Of a DNA stretch of 64,000 bases, positions 20,751 through 30,511 are shown piece by piece. The notes beneath the pieces are model-generated. The model saw only the letters and a program-made list of their open reading frames with translations, was not told the origin of the DNA and did no database searches. The position numbers and the translations under genes are program-made. The stretch lies in assembly GCA_963702005.1 (NCBI GenBank), contig OY969696.1, positions 1,504,001-1,568,000 on the forward strand, written 5' to 3'. The DNA is from Candidatus Aminicenantes bacterium (GTDB taxonomy: Bacteria > Acidobacteriota > Aminicenantia > Aminicenantales > JAFGBC01). Positions within the stretch are counted from its first letter, which is position 1. Each line of letters begins with the position of its first letter.

Positions 20751-21356
20751 CGAAAGCTTTACAGGCTGCCCCGTGGCTTGCCACGGGGTGGAATGTATGC
20801 CTTGCCGAGGGGGTGATCAGGGGGACCGGAAAGTCCCCCTGATCCACAAAGGCCCTTGCTCGGGAATATGGTAGAGTATATGGGTGACGCTGAAACGGAC
20901 GAGTCATTCGGTCTACGACACGTCCTACCATCTGGTCTGGTGTCCGAAGTACCGGAAGAAGATATTCGAGCGGGTGGAAGTCCGGGAACGAGCGAAACAG
21001 ATCGTGGGAGAGATTTGCGAATCGTACGATATTGAAATCATCGAGATGGAAATTACCGAAGATCATATTCATTTGCTAGTATCATTTCCGCCATCGCGAT
21101 CGATCGGGGAGGTCGTCAGGATCATAAAGAGCATGAGTGGGAGGGGGTTGTTTCGCGAGTTTGCGGGCTTGAAAAAGAAGCTATGGGGCGGGGAAGTGTG
21201 GGAGGACGGATATTTCGCAAGGACGGTCGGAGACCGGATGACGAGGGATGTGATCGCGAAGTACATCGTCAGTCACCGAGAACTGGAGCAAGGGCCTGCG
21301 CAGCTGGCCTTGAAGCTGCGCTCCTAATGCCCCGCGGCTTGCCGCGGGGATCTTTA
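20751..21356 (+). mobile_element. IS200/IS605-family element (tnpA only), ~606 bp
   Basis: Near-identical subterminal hairpins CCCCGTGGC-TT-GCCACGGGG (20769-20788) and CCCCGCGGC-TT-GCCGCGGGG (21330-21349); ends ambiguous by 1-2 nt. Confidence 0.88.
20884..21327 (+). CDS. tnpA: IS200 HUH (Y1) transposase
   Basis: YHLVWCPKYR, EDHIHLL, WEDGYF, KYI. Confidence 0.92.
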   Translation: MTLKRTSHSVYDTSYHLVWCPKYRKKIFERVEVRERAKQIVGEICESYDIEIIEMEITEDHIHLLVSFPPSRSIGEVVRIIKSMSGRGLFREFAGLKKKLWGGEVWEDGYFARTVGDRMTRDVIAKYIVSHRELEQGPAQLALKLRS

Positions 21357-21430
21357 CTTGGAACGCTCGGACTCATGTCCCCAGTTTCAGAACCGATGCC
21401 TACTGCGATGCCACAAGAGGGAGAAAATAA

Positions 21431-21913
21431 ATGAAAAGTCCCTCAGGAAAAATAACAACTAAATTTCTTAATGAAGATATCCAAAAACGTATCGCTCAAG
21501 AAACAAATATTTATTTCAATTTGGGACAAAACGCGATTGTTACTACTGAAGATAAACTTAAAATCGTACTAATGACGTGCTTACCTAAAATAGAATCACG
21601 TAGGGCTTGGATAGCGCCCACTGGTATTCTTGTTGCTATTGTCACAGCTATTGTCACAGCGAGTTTTAAAGATTTTCTTTTCATTGATGCTGCTACTTTG
21701 AAAGCATTGTTTTATTTTTTTGCCTTGACTTGTCTAGGCTGGCTCGTAATGACCTTCATTAAAGTGGAAAAAGCACCATCTGTTGAAACCATTTTATTGG
21801 ATATGAAGAGATCTTCGTCAGCAATTACAGGTATTAAAGGTCTCCTTCTATATGATCCACGTATAAATGGATACATTCCCTTTAATTCTGTATCAGAAAG
21901 AGAAATTCTATAA
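21431..21913 (+). CDS. Hypothetical 2-TM membrane protein
   Basis: Two hydrophobic helices; translationally coupled to upstream gene. Confidence 0.6.
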   Translation: MKSPSGKITTKFLNEDIQKRIAQETNIYFNLGQNAIVTTEDKLKIVLMTCLPKIESRRAWIAPTGILVAIVTAIVTASFKDFLFIDAATLKALFYFFALTCLGWLVMTFIKVEKAPSVETILLDMKRSSSAITGIKGLLLYDPRINGYIPFNSVSEREIL

Positions 21914-22075
21914 GTGATCAAAAAGCACGGTCGTTTCTTCTGGCTCGACATCCGCGCGGGCGGGCACCGCGTCCGCCGGTCGCTCAAGACGGACGAGTAC
22001 CATCTCGCGCTTGATCGAGCTAACAAGATTACGAAAGATCTCAGGGAAGCAGCGCATACGGAGGAGATCAATTAA
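21914..22075 (+). pseudogene. Fragment resembling an integrase N-terminal arm-binding domain
   Basis: VIKKHGRFFWLDIRAGGHRVRRSLKTDEYHLA; GC-rich patch in AT-rich DNA. Confidence 0.4.
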
Positions 22076-22080
22076 AAATA

Positions 22081-22110
22081 AAAAAGGAGACGCCTTAGGC
22101 ATCTCCTTTT
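22081..22110. terminator. Bidirectional intrinsic terminator
   Basis: AAAAAGGAGACGCC-TTA-GGCATCTCCTTTT between convergent genes. Confidence 0.7.
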
Positions 22111-22161
22111 CCTCTCTGCCCTTTATATAAACACAGGCATATTAGAAAATAAGGAACAAAT

Positions 22162-23145
22162 CTATAGCTCGTCCAGGGCCTTGAACTCCTCCATCGGAAG
22201 CGCGGCGAGTTTTCCACCCAGCCGTTCCAGTTCCACGCTTTTCTCCCAGGTTTCCTCTTTCTGAGCGGCCAGAGTCAGGGCGTTGGCGATTCCGTACTTG
22301 TCGTATTCAGGCTCCGCACCGAAGGCCATCAGAATATTCGCTTTTTGGACTTCGCTGAGCTTGTACTGGTCGACCACGTTCTGGATCACTCGCTGAGGAT
22401 TCCTGATCTTGATTTCCGTGGATTCCCTCATCATCAGAACAATCTCGCCGAATCTGTTGAACAGCTCTCGGATTGAGCGCCGAAGGGAGAGATATATGAT
22501 CTCATCTGATATCTCGTCGCCGTTCCCAATATGGATTTCCCGCGTGACCAGTTCTTCGACGATCATCCCGTTTGAGCATTTGACCCGGAACATTCTCGGT
22601 TCTACCCGAAGCGCCTTGTGGCCGGTTTCGGAATTCGTGAGAAAGAGTCCGCCCATGATCAGATCGTCTTTGTGCCGGACGAAGTCCCTGAGCTTTGCGC
22701 TTTTCACTTTGATGTTCATCTCGATCTCCGAGAGATAGCAATCCTCGATCTCGGCGTTATGAGCTTGGAGCTCGTTCAGGGCACAATAGAGAACGTCCAG
22801 GTGGTCGATCACCCGATAGCGGTCGCTGAGGAACGCTCGGACAGAATCACCCTGGCCGCGAATGAAAACATCTTTTCCGTTCTTTTTCAGCCAGGCGTTG
22901 ACGTTCTCGACAAGAAGTTCAGGCGCCGATTCCTCCATCTTGTGGTAGTACTTGAGCGGGATTTCAAGTTTCTCCGCAAACTGGGTGTGGCAGGGTTTAG
23001 AGATGGAGAATAATTCTTCGCCCGGTAGCCTGAGAATGGGTGTATTCTCAGCCAGAGCCATCGCGATCTGCGCAGCGTTCAGTTTCTTGTCCCATTTTAG
23101 GGGCTTTTGTTGCTCCAATTCTTTGATTAAAGACCTAATCTGCAT
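22162..23145 (-). CDS. DUF932-like mobile-element protein
   Basis: VRAFLSDRY, TNSETGH, RVKCSNGM. Confidence 0.7.
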   Translation of the reverse strand: MQIRSLIKELEQQKPLKWDKKLNAAQIAMALAENTPILRLPGEELFSISKPCHTQFAEKLEIPLKYYHKMEESAPELLVENVNAWLKKNGKDVFIRGQGDSVRAFLSDRYRVIDHLDVLYCALNELQAHNAEIEDCYLSEIEMNIKVKSAKLRDFVRHKDDLIMGGLFLTNSETGHKALRVEPRMFRVKCSNGMIVEELVTREIHIGNGDEISDEIIYLSLRRSIRELFNRFGEIVLMMRESTEIKIRNPQRVIQNVVDQYKLSEVQKANILMAFGAEPEYDKYGIANALTLAAQKEETWEKSVELERLGGKLAALPMEEFKALDEL

Positions 23146-23212
23146 AAAGACCTCCTCTTAAAGAAGTGTAGGCAGAGAGGGTATATGTGAATGGAAAGAG
23201 CAATAAGGTACT

Positions 23213-23722
23213 TTAGCGTCGAATGTCAGAATAAAGCCTCCAATTTTCGATTAGAAGTTTCATTCTCTTGGGCTTAGGGATTCCCTTGAACACCATCAGC
23301 CCTTGTGTCCCGGCTGATTCGATTATCAAATCTCCGTAACCCAGGATTCGCCCAAGAATTCCATAGCTGCAGACAATATCTTCGATATCCTTAAGATGAA
23401 TAGACATATATCGCTTTCCGATAATTGCTCTTTCCTTAATAAGTCTATAATTCGTCAGATAGAGTCGATTGAATTTCCAATCCAGATAAAAGATGAGGCT
23501 TATAAAAAATAGGACGAATGAGGCTGCAGCATAGCAGTAGTTTTTCAACGCACCAGCGATAAATCCTAAAATCGGGCAAGCGAAGAAATAGTACAGGAAG
23601 AAAAATAAGAAGATTTGACTCATGGAAACAAGAAGGAACAGCCAATGGGGATTGGATTGGAAAACGATCTGTTCATTCGGTAAAAGAAATTTATTTGATT
23701 TAGAAAGATAATTGTTGACCAT
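23213..23722 (-). CDS. Bacterial PH (bPH_2) domain membrane protein
   Basis: 2 TMs followed by YLTNYRLI..GRILGYGDLIIESAG. Confidence 0.75.
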   Translation of the reverse strand: MVNNYLSKSNKFLLPNEQIVFQSNPHWLFLLVSMSQIFLFFFLYYFFACPILGFIAGALKNYCYAAASFVLFFISLIFYLDWKFNRLYLTNYRLIKERAIIGKRYMSIHLKDIEDIVCSYGILGRILGYGDLIIESAGTQGLMVFKGIPKPKRMKLLIENWRLYSDIRR

Positions 23723-25019
23723 GAAAATTATCGGAATGATACGGCTGAGAAGCGAATTGTCGTTCTATAACGCCTCTCGGCTTTGTATATTTCTTTCTTG
23801 AAAAATCGATTATTTCCTCTTTATGAGAAGTATTGATTTCTCTGAGCCGTATGGTAACGGCGCTGAATGGCCGCGAAGTCACGCCGTCAATCATGAGCTT
23901 GAGGCAGATATGGAAATTGGGGAGGTTAATTAAGTCGGCTTCTTCAAATACGGGCTCAAATTCCTGAGCAAGATATTTTGCATCCTCAGCCCCGATTCTG
24001 AAGGATATGATCGTCCCGACATTCCCGAAGATCGCCGCCCTTATTTTTTCGTCCAATTGCTCGATATACTGATGGGCGAGAATAAGGTTCAAGCCGTACT
24101 TCCGGGATTCGGACATAATATCGGCAAAGGAGAGGGTTATGAAGCTGTGGATTTCGTCCACATAAAGATAGAACGGCGTTCTTTTCTCTTCCAGTAAATC
24201 TGCCCGGCTCAGCGCGGCTAACTGGATTTTGGTAAGAACCAGAGCGCCCAAAAGAGAGCAGTTGTCTTCACCGATCTTTCCTTTGGCGAGATTGACGATG
24301 AGAATCTTTCCTTCATCCATGGCTCTGCGGACATCGAAGGTATTTTCTTTCTGGCCGACTATGTTTCTAAGCGGAATGCTGACCAGGAATTGGCCGATTT
24401 TATTGAGTACGGGCGAAATCGCTTCTGACCGCAGCCAGGCGGAATATTTCTCAAACTCTGAGAGCCAGAATTCTCTGACCTGGGGATGGGTGATGTAATT
24501 GAGGACATTCCTTCTGAAATCCTTATCCAAGAGAAGCTTGGGCATGTCGAGAAGCGTACTATTTGGATATTCGAGAAGCGTGAGCAGGGCGTGCCGGAGA
24601 ATATGTTCCAATCTCGGCCCCCAGGATTCAGACCAAATCTTTTTGAAAGTCGAGATGATTCCCGAAGCCACAAGATGATGAAAATCTTTGGGGACTTTTT
24701 CCAGAGGATTAAATGCTATCGGATATTCAAGATCAGCGGGATTGAAGTAGATGACATCCTTAATTCTTTTTTTAGGAACGTAGTCCAATATTTCTTCCGC
24801 TATATCGCCGTGAGGATCGATAAGAGCTAAGCCACAGCCGTGCTTGATATCAGAGATCGCCATGTTCTCCATTAAGCTTGATTTTCCAGTGCCGGTCTTG
24901 CCGATGATATACATATGGCCTCTACGGTTTTTCTCTTTGATGCCGAAGATTCTTTTAATATCCCTGTAGTCGGTCACGGCAAAGGGGGTGATGCGATTGT
25001 TCTTATGAGAATCAGTCAT
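23700..25019 (-). CDS. TraD/TrwB-like (type IV coupling / HerA-FtsK) ATPase
   Basis: HMYIIGKTGTGKS, IDPHGD, WGPRLE, LYVDE, ESRKYGL..AHQY. Confidence 0.85.
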   Translation of the reverse strand: MTDSHKNNRITPFAVTDYRDIKRIFGIKEKNRRGHMYIIGKTGTGKSSLMENMAISDIKHGCGLALIDPHGDIAEEILDYVPKKRIKDVIYFNPADLEYPIAFNPLEKVPKDFHHLVASGIISTFKKIWSESWGPRLEHILRHALLTLLEYPNSTLLDMPKLLLDKDFRRNVLNYITHPQVREFWLSEFEKYSAWLRSEAISPVLNKIGQFLVSIPLRNIVGQKENTFDVRRAMDEGKILIVNLAKGKIGEDNCSLLGALVLTKIQLAALSRADLLEEKRTPFYLYVDEIHSFITLSFADIMSESRKYGLNLILAHQYIEQLDEKIRAAIFGNVGTIISFRIGAEDAKYLAQEFEPVFEEADLINLPNFHICLKLMIDGVTSRPFSAVTIRLREINTSHKEEIIDFSRKKYTKPRGVIERQFASQPYHSDNFHGQQLSF

Positions 25020-25078
25020 ATATTTTCAGCATAAGCCGGCAAAATATTGAATAAAAGACAGGAAATTTCCACTTTTTC

Positions 25079-25100
25079 GGCAATTTCTCCCGTCTTGTAT
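25079..25100 (+). promoter_or_regulatory. Putative operator/promoter motif, copy 1
   Basis: GGCAATTTCTCCCGTCTTGTAT; related copies at 36963-36984 (-) and 41932-41953 (+). Confidence 0.45.
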
Positions 25101-25159
25101 GTCTCTGTCCGTGCGCTAAGCTTGAAGTAGAACTTTAAAATTTAAAGGAGTAAGGAGAA

Positions 25160-25534
25160 ATGAAAGACAAAGCAAGACGGCTGGAACTCAGAACTGCGGA
25201 CGGCAAGGTTATCCTCGTTCTCTATCTCTCCGAGGAGATAGCTTTAGAGGATCAACCGAAGGCGAAGGAAAGCCCGAAACCGGACGCCGGTAAGTCCAAG
25301 CCTCAAACGAGCGCTCCGTCATCCGAGAATCCTCCGATGACAGATGCCCAGAAGCGCTACCTTTTCAGAATCATGGCTGAGAAAGGCTACGAAAACGACA
25401 AAGGCTACGCCAAGCTGAAGGAGCTTTTCCAGGTCGATTCTCTGAAAGAGGTCACGAAGCTTGAAGCTTCGCGGATGATCGAACGGCTTCTCGACGAAGC
25501 AAAAGGCGAAAACCATGACGCCGTACCTTTCTAG
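25160..25534 (+). CDS. Hypothetical protein
   Basis: AGGAG RBS; PMTDAQKRYL..TKLEASRMIERL motif common in phage/MGE proteins. Confidence 0.65.
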   Translation: MKDKARRLELRTADGKVILVLYLSEEIALEDQPKAKESPKPDAGKSKPQTSAPSSENPPMTDAQKRYLFRIMAEKGYENDKGYAKLKELFQVDSLKEVTKLEASRMIERLLDEAKGENHDAVPF

Positions 25535-26282
25535 CTCTCAGATCAATCTTTATCTGCTTTGCGGTCTGAAGTACAAATTCCAGTACATTGACGAGATCCC
25601 GAAACGCTTCAAATCTTCAGGATTGGCTTTTGGCAGCGCTATCCATTCGGCTCTTTCCTGGTATCACAAGCAGACGATGAACGGAAACGGAGTGACGATT
25701 GACCGGTTGCACAAGATTTTCGACGCTGACTGGTACAGCCTGAAAACGGAAAACGAGATTCGCTTCAAAGAAGGGGAAGAAGAGATGAAGCTCGTCGTCC
25801 TGGGAAAAGAGATGCTGGCTCAGTATTTTGATCTGCCGAGAAAAAAAATCAAAGGTACGGAGATTCCGTTTTCTGTCCCGCTTATCAATCCTGAAAACAG
25901 CAAGTGCGCAGCCATCGAGCTTGAAGGCGTGATCGATTTGATCGAGGAGGACGACACCATCACGGAATTCAAGACTTCGGCCCAGACCATGGACTCTCAG
26001 GAGCTTGGAAACCACGTCCAGCTGACAATCTACAGCTACGCTTTCGAAAGGATCAGCCACAAGCCGCCCAAGTCCTTAAAAATCGTCAACTTCGTCAAAT
26101 CCAAGAAGCCGAAGATGATTCAGATGGACACGAATCGAGACAACGACGACTATCAGCGGCTCTACTTCCTGGCCGGACAGATCCTCAAAGGAATTCAGCA
26201 GCGCATCTTTTTCCCGAGAACCGGATTCCTTTGCAAAGACTGCGAGTACGCGGAGAACTGCAAAATGTGGAAGGGGAACTAG
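25515..26282 (+). CDS. PD-(D/E)XK nuclease, RecB/Cas4-like
   Basis: LSSSQINLY.LC, GSAIH, GVIDLI..EFKT, QLTIY, CKDCEY..C. Confidence 0.85.
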   Translation: MTPYLSSSQINLYLLCGLKYKFQYIDEIPKRFKSSGLAFGSAIHSALSWYHKQTMNGNGVTIDRLHKIFDADWYSLKTENEIRFKEGEEEMKLVVLGKEMLAQYFDLPRKKIKGTEIPFSVPLINPENSKCAAIELEGVIDLIEEDDTITEFKTSAQTMDSQELGNHVQLTIYSYAFERISHKPPKSLKIVNFVKSKKPKMIQMDTNRDNDDYQRLYFLAGQILKGIQQRIFFPRTGFLCKDCEYAENCKMWKGN

Positions 26283-26303
26283 CTCATTTTCTTCCAACAA
26301 AGC

Positions 26304-26335
26304 AAGGAAGCAGGCAATCCTGCTTCCTTTTAATA
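26304..26335 (+). terminator. Intrinsic terminator
   Basis: AAGGAAGCAGG-CAAT-CCTGCTTCCTT followed by T/A-rich tail. Confidence 0.7.
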
Positions 26336-26406
26336 TTTTACAGGGTTTTCTAAATGTGCTAACATTTAAAAAAAGGGTTGATTATTAATTTTGGGCATTA
26401 ATAAAC

Positions 26407-29298
26407 ATGGCACAAGAAATGCTCTTCCCAGAAGGATCAAAATGGAGAAAATGGGACCTTCATATTCATAGTCCACTTTCTATACTTAATAATAAATATC
26501 CAAAATCTGCCAGTGGCAAGCCGGACTGGGGAGGCTTCATAGATAAACTAGAACGCTCGGACCTAGCTGTAATTGGAATTACAGACTATTTTTCTATCGA
26601 AGGCTATAAAAAGGTACTGGATCTTAAGAATAATGAGAAGAGATTATCGAACATATTCACCGTGCTTCCGAATATTGAATTTAGACTCAACAGTGTATTG
26701 TCTAGTAAAAAAAACGGGAGACATCCTCGAAGATTAAACTTCCATGTGATTTTTTCAGATGAGGTCTCTTGCCGAGACATCGAGGAGCATTTTTTACACG
26801 ATCTTCTTTTTTATTATGAAGGGAACCCTCAAGATAAAGACGAGAGACGAAAATTGAAATTATCTAATCTTAGGGAATTGGGGGCGAAACTCATATCTCA
26901 ACATAGCGGATTTGAAGGAAAGGATGCGCTTGAAGTTGGCGCAACGTGTGCAGTGGTCAACCATGAAGATATAACGGAAATTCTGAGTGGGGATAGCAGA
27001 TTTAAAGGGAAGTACATAATAGTTTTTCCTGAAGACCTATTCAGCCTGATAGATTGGGATGGACAGGATCACCATATAAGAAAAGGGGTGCTTCAGAAAT
27101 CGGATATGGTTTTTTCTTCTTCTCAAAAAACGATTCAGTGGTGCCTTGGGAAACCACCTTATCAGGAAGGCGAAAAGAAGTTTATTGAGGAGTTTAAGAC
27201 CCTGAAACCATGTGTTCACGGCTCTGACGCGCATCAAATTGAGGAAATTGCGGCTCCTTGTGCAAAAAGAGGAGAGCCGGATCATAAATGCGGAGAGTCT
27301 TCTTCAAAGTGCGAGATGAGGTACTGCTGGATCAAAGCTGATCCGATATTTGAGGGATTGAGACAGTTGCTTTATGAACCAGAAGAAAGAGTTAAGATTC
27401 AAGAAGATGACCCCACGCCTTCAAGAAGCAATATAACGCTGTCAAAAATCACCGTGCCGGGATCAGAAATTAATGAAGAGCTATCAATAGCTAAAACGGA
27501 AATAGATCTAAATATAGGCTTAGTGGCTGTTGCAGGAGGAAAGGGCACTGGGAAAACAGCCTTTGTTGATTTGATTGCGAATTGCTTTCAAGATCGCGTT
27601 AATACAGACGACAAGAACTCATTTGTGAAAAGAATAGTTGACCAAAAGCCTGATCTGGATGTTGAACTAGACTTTAAAAATAATATAATTTTCAAGAAAA
27701 AGATTAGGGATGATTCTTATTTCCAGGAGGGAGAGATATTATATATTGCCCAGGGCGAGCTCGAGCATTACATCGGAGAAGGATCTGATCTAGACAAGTA
27801 TGTAAATAATTTAATATTTCTTAATCCTAAGATCATAAATTCACTACAAAAATACGAATACTCGAAGATGGAAGCCGATCTCAAGGAAATAGAAGCGAAG
27901 ATACAAAAGAAGTCTGAGTCAATAGAGCGGCTAGAACAAGAAACTGTAAGTGCTGTTCTACGAGACGCCGAAATAAAAGAAAAACAGCTTCAGAATTCCC
28001 TGAGAGATATAAATCAGCGATTAGCTGAATTAGAAAAAAAGCTTAGTATCGATAAGGTAAAAATCGCCAAAGAAAAACAGGGAAGAATGGCTGAGTTAAA
28101 AACGAAAAAGGAATTATATGTTGGATTGAAAGAACAAATTGGATTAGCGATTAGTTTTTTTGATGAAGAATTAGTTGGATTAAATACGATAATAAGAAGG
28201 ATAAATAACATCCTCGAATCATTGGGGATCCCCGAAAAATATCCTGAGATTAATTATGCTGATCGCAGCAAATTGATAGAGCGGTCAAACCAAACCGATG
28301 GAATAGTTACGAAAATTATTGGAGAAATCGAAGTAATTCAAAAAGAGATAAACAAGTATGAGATTGGCATTCAAGATCATGCATCTCTGCTCAACAAGAA
28401 GAAAGACATAGAAACCTCAATAGAGAAAAGCAATACGAGGCTAAAGAACCTTGCTTTTAAGAAGACAAAGTTGTCTGAAGATATATTACAGAGAAAGAAC
28501 CTCTTCAAGGATATGATCATTGCAGTAGTGGCTCTAAAAACTAAATATGCAGAAGTTATAAAATTATTTTCCTCTCAAAAAGCCATAGTACTCTCCGATA
28601 TTGAATTCATCGCCGAGATGACGTTTGACGCTGAAGGTGTCTTGAAAAACGCAGAGGATGTATTAGATAACAGAAAGGTGATTGTCTACCCTGAAGGAGA
28701 TGGTTGGGTTTTTAAAAGAATGATAGAAATATATGGTCAAATAACGGCCGGAGATACAACAAAGGCTGACGAATTGGTTGAGGAAGTTGAGCGTCTAAAT
28801 AATGAATTGAAACCTAAAATTAAATCCTCAAGTGCAGTCAATGTGGGAGATTTCTATAAATTCTTATATACGAATTATTTAAATGTTCTTCCTGTCGTTA
28901 AGTATAAAAATACCAGGATCAATAAATTGTCGCTTGGACAAAAGGCGACAGTGCTTATAAAAATATATTTAGCTGAAGGAGATAATCCAATTATTATAGA
29001 TTCACATGATGAACACCTGGATAATGCGTATATCATGGAAGAATTAACAGGGTCGATTAGAGAAGCTAAAAAATATAGACAAGTGATCATGGTTTCAAAC
29101 AATGGCAACATAGTGGTAAATAGTGATGCGGAACAATTGATAATAGCGGAGCGGAATGATGAAGGAGAAATATCTTATATAGCTGGGTCAATCGAGAATC
29201 CTACCATACGAGAGAAAGCGATAAAAGTCTTAGAAGGCGGGCCGGAGGCATTTAAGAAACGACAGCAAAAGTATCGTATCTCTGGCTCAGCATTCTAA
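26407..29298 (+). CDS. PHP-domain + ABC/SMC-like ATPase (TrlF/Ppl-like, putative anti-phage)
   Basis: WDLHIHSP, ITDY, GSDAH, WIKADPIFEGL, GGKGTGKT, coiled coil, LSLGQ, LEGGPEAF. Confidence 0.8.
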   Translation: MAQEMLFPEGSKWRKWDLHIHSPLSILNNKYPKSASGKPDWGGFIDKLERSDLAVIGITDYFSIEGYKKVLDLKNNEKRLSNIFTVLPNIEFRLNSVLSSKKNGRHPRRLNFHVIFSDEVSCRDIEEHFLHDLLFYYEGNPQDKDERRKLKLSNLRELGAKLISQHSGFEGKDALEVGATCAVVNHEDITEILSGDSRFKGKYIIVFPEDLFSLIDWDGQDHHIRKGVLQKSDMVFSSSQKTIQWCLGKPPYQEGEKKFIEEFKTLKPCVHGSDAHQIEEIAAPCAKRGEPDHKCGESSSKCEMRYCWIKADPIFEGLRQLLYEPEERVKIQEDDPTPSRSNITLSKITVPGSEINEELSIAKTEIDLNIGLVAVAGGKGTGKTAFVDLIANCFQDRVNTDDKNSFVKRIVDQKPDLDVELDFKNNIIFKKKIRDDSYFQEGEILYIAQGELEHYIGEGSDLDKYVNNLIFLNPKIINSLQKYEYSKMEADLKEIEAKIQKKSESIERLEQETVSAVLRDAEIKEKQLQNSLRDINQRLAELEKKLSIDKVKIAKEKQGRMAELKTKKELYVGLKEQIGLAISFFDEELVGLNTIIRRINNILESLGIPEKYPEINYADRSKLIERSNQTDGIVTKIIGEIEVIQKEINKYEIGIQDHASLLNKKKDIETSIEKSNTRLKNLAFKKTKLSEDILQRKNLFKDMIIAVVALKTKYAEVIKLFSSQKAIVLSDIEFIAEMTFDAEGVLKNAEDVLDNRKVIVYPEGDGWVFKRMIEIYGQITAGDTTKADELVEEVERLNNELKPKIKSSSAVNVGDFYKFLYTNYLNVLPVVKYKNTRINKLSLGQKATVLIKIYLAEGDNPIIIDSHDEHLDNAYIMEELTGSIREAKKYRQVIMVSNNGNIVVNSDAEQLIIAERNDEGEISYIAGSIENPTIREKAIKVLEGGPEAFKKRQQKYRISGSAF

Positions 29299-29417
29299 AT
29301 CTAAATTTGTCTTTGAAATCATCATCGGCAACTCATCTTGCGACTCAAATATGATCTATCTATGGCTGTATTCCGGGTCTTTGGCCTTCGATGTGAAAAC
29401 TTTCTCAGCATTGTCGG

Positions 29418-29990
29418 TCATAACAGGTCAAACAACAAGCTTGGTGCGATATCTGCTCCTTCTCCAAAATACGGGCATAGCTCACATTCGGGACATGTCG
29501 ACATATCTCTATCTTTACTTCCGCAAGATGTAGCAATTCTTTTCTTTATCTCTAGAGCCCTCAGATTCCTTAGGCCTTGGAATTCCTTGAATTTACGATA
29601 ACCTTTTGCTGCACGGCGATACCATTTCACGAAATCTTCGACGTCGATGTGGATAATAGTCTGGGGTAACTTTTTCTTAATATCCCTTGGCGGCTTGAAG
29701 GGGCTCAGAACGACCAAAACATTTGCGCCCCTAAAACGCGGGTCTTTATGATGTCCATGCTTTATATATAATTCACAGGTTTTTTCAACTTCTACGATAA
29801 CCTCCATGCCTTCAAATACCGCTTTGAAGTCTGGCCCAAATTTAAAAGGTCCCTTAATCTTAGAAAAACCTAATTTTTTATAATTCTCTCTAACATATTC
29901 ATTAATCCAATATTCCCTAATGCCACCTTTCTCAGCACGTTCGTGTGCAGTTGGCTTTGTAGGTTGACTCGCAGCTTTTTCTTGCTTCAT
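29418..29990 (-). CDS. Hypothetical protein, possible PD-(D/E)XK nuclease with Cys cluster
   Basis: GPDF....IVEVEK; C-terminal CPECELCPY. Confidence 0.5.
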   Translation of the reverse strand: MKQEKAASQPTKPTAHERAEKGGIREYWINEYVRENYKKLGFSKIKGPFKFGPDFKAVFEGMEVIVEVEKTCELYIKHGHHKDPRFRGANVLVVLSPFKPPRDIKKKLPQTIIHIDVEDFVKWYRRAAKGYRKFKEFQGLRNLRALEIKKRIATSCGSKDRDMSTCPECELCPYFGEGADIAPSLLFDLL

Positions 29991-30161
29991 GCAGCACCCT
30001 TAACTGATTTTCTCTCCATTGCTTCGCCATTGTCAATTCCTTTACTGAGTCTTTCTATGTGCTAGATTAAAAGTATACCAACCAGTCAATCCTTATCAAT
30101 TGATAAATTCTTGGCTCAAATCTATTATTGACTCCGGCTTTCAGTTGATACATCCAGCGCT

Positions 30162-30275
30162 ATGAACTGTCTCCTCTACGCCCGTGTCTCCACGGACAAA
30201 CATGTTCAAAAAGACCTATCTATCCTGCCCCCGATCGATATGAGGGAACACTTTGCTGAAGAGTCCGGCCTTTAA
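30162..30275 (+). pseudogene. N-terminal fragment of a third serine recombinase
   Basis: MNCLLYARVSTDKHVQKDLSI.. then stop after 37 aa. Confidence 0.65.
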
Positions 30276-30322
30276 TCACCTCTTCAAATTCGGGATCATA
30301 GCCTCTTTATTAGTCTCGAAAA

Positions 30323-30380
30323 AGGTTCTAACGTCCTCTACTGCGGTGTACTAAAATTGCCGAAATAGGCAAAAATTCCC
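30323..30380. repeat. att-like repeat C (LSR2 cassette junction)
   Basis: AGGTTCTAACGTCCTCTACTGCGGTGTAC (25/29 to 35076-35104), then TAAAATTGCCGAAA-N4-CAAAAAT-CCC. Confidence 0.8.
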
Positions 30381-30511
30381 TTCTTGTGTGAAGCATTATT
30401 TTAAATGAGTTAAAATGCGAGAATCACGCTACAACAGATAGATATTGGGAGGGCGGTAGTTTCCCCGTTTCCCCCTTTACTTTGTATTTATTTGTTATAT
30501 AATCAAAATAT

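Larger units (their letters stand above)
20523..21434 (+). pseudogene. Zinc-ribbon protein gene split by IS200
   Basis: CPRC..CDQCGFMAQHA resumes in frame after the IS as LGTLGLMSPVSEP..GENK*. Confidence 0.75.

Noticed and set aside
25515-26282. Cas4 / CRISPR-Cas assignment
   Set aside because: No cas1, cas2 or array; solo RecB-like nucleases are common in MGEs.
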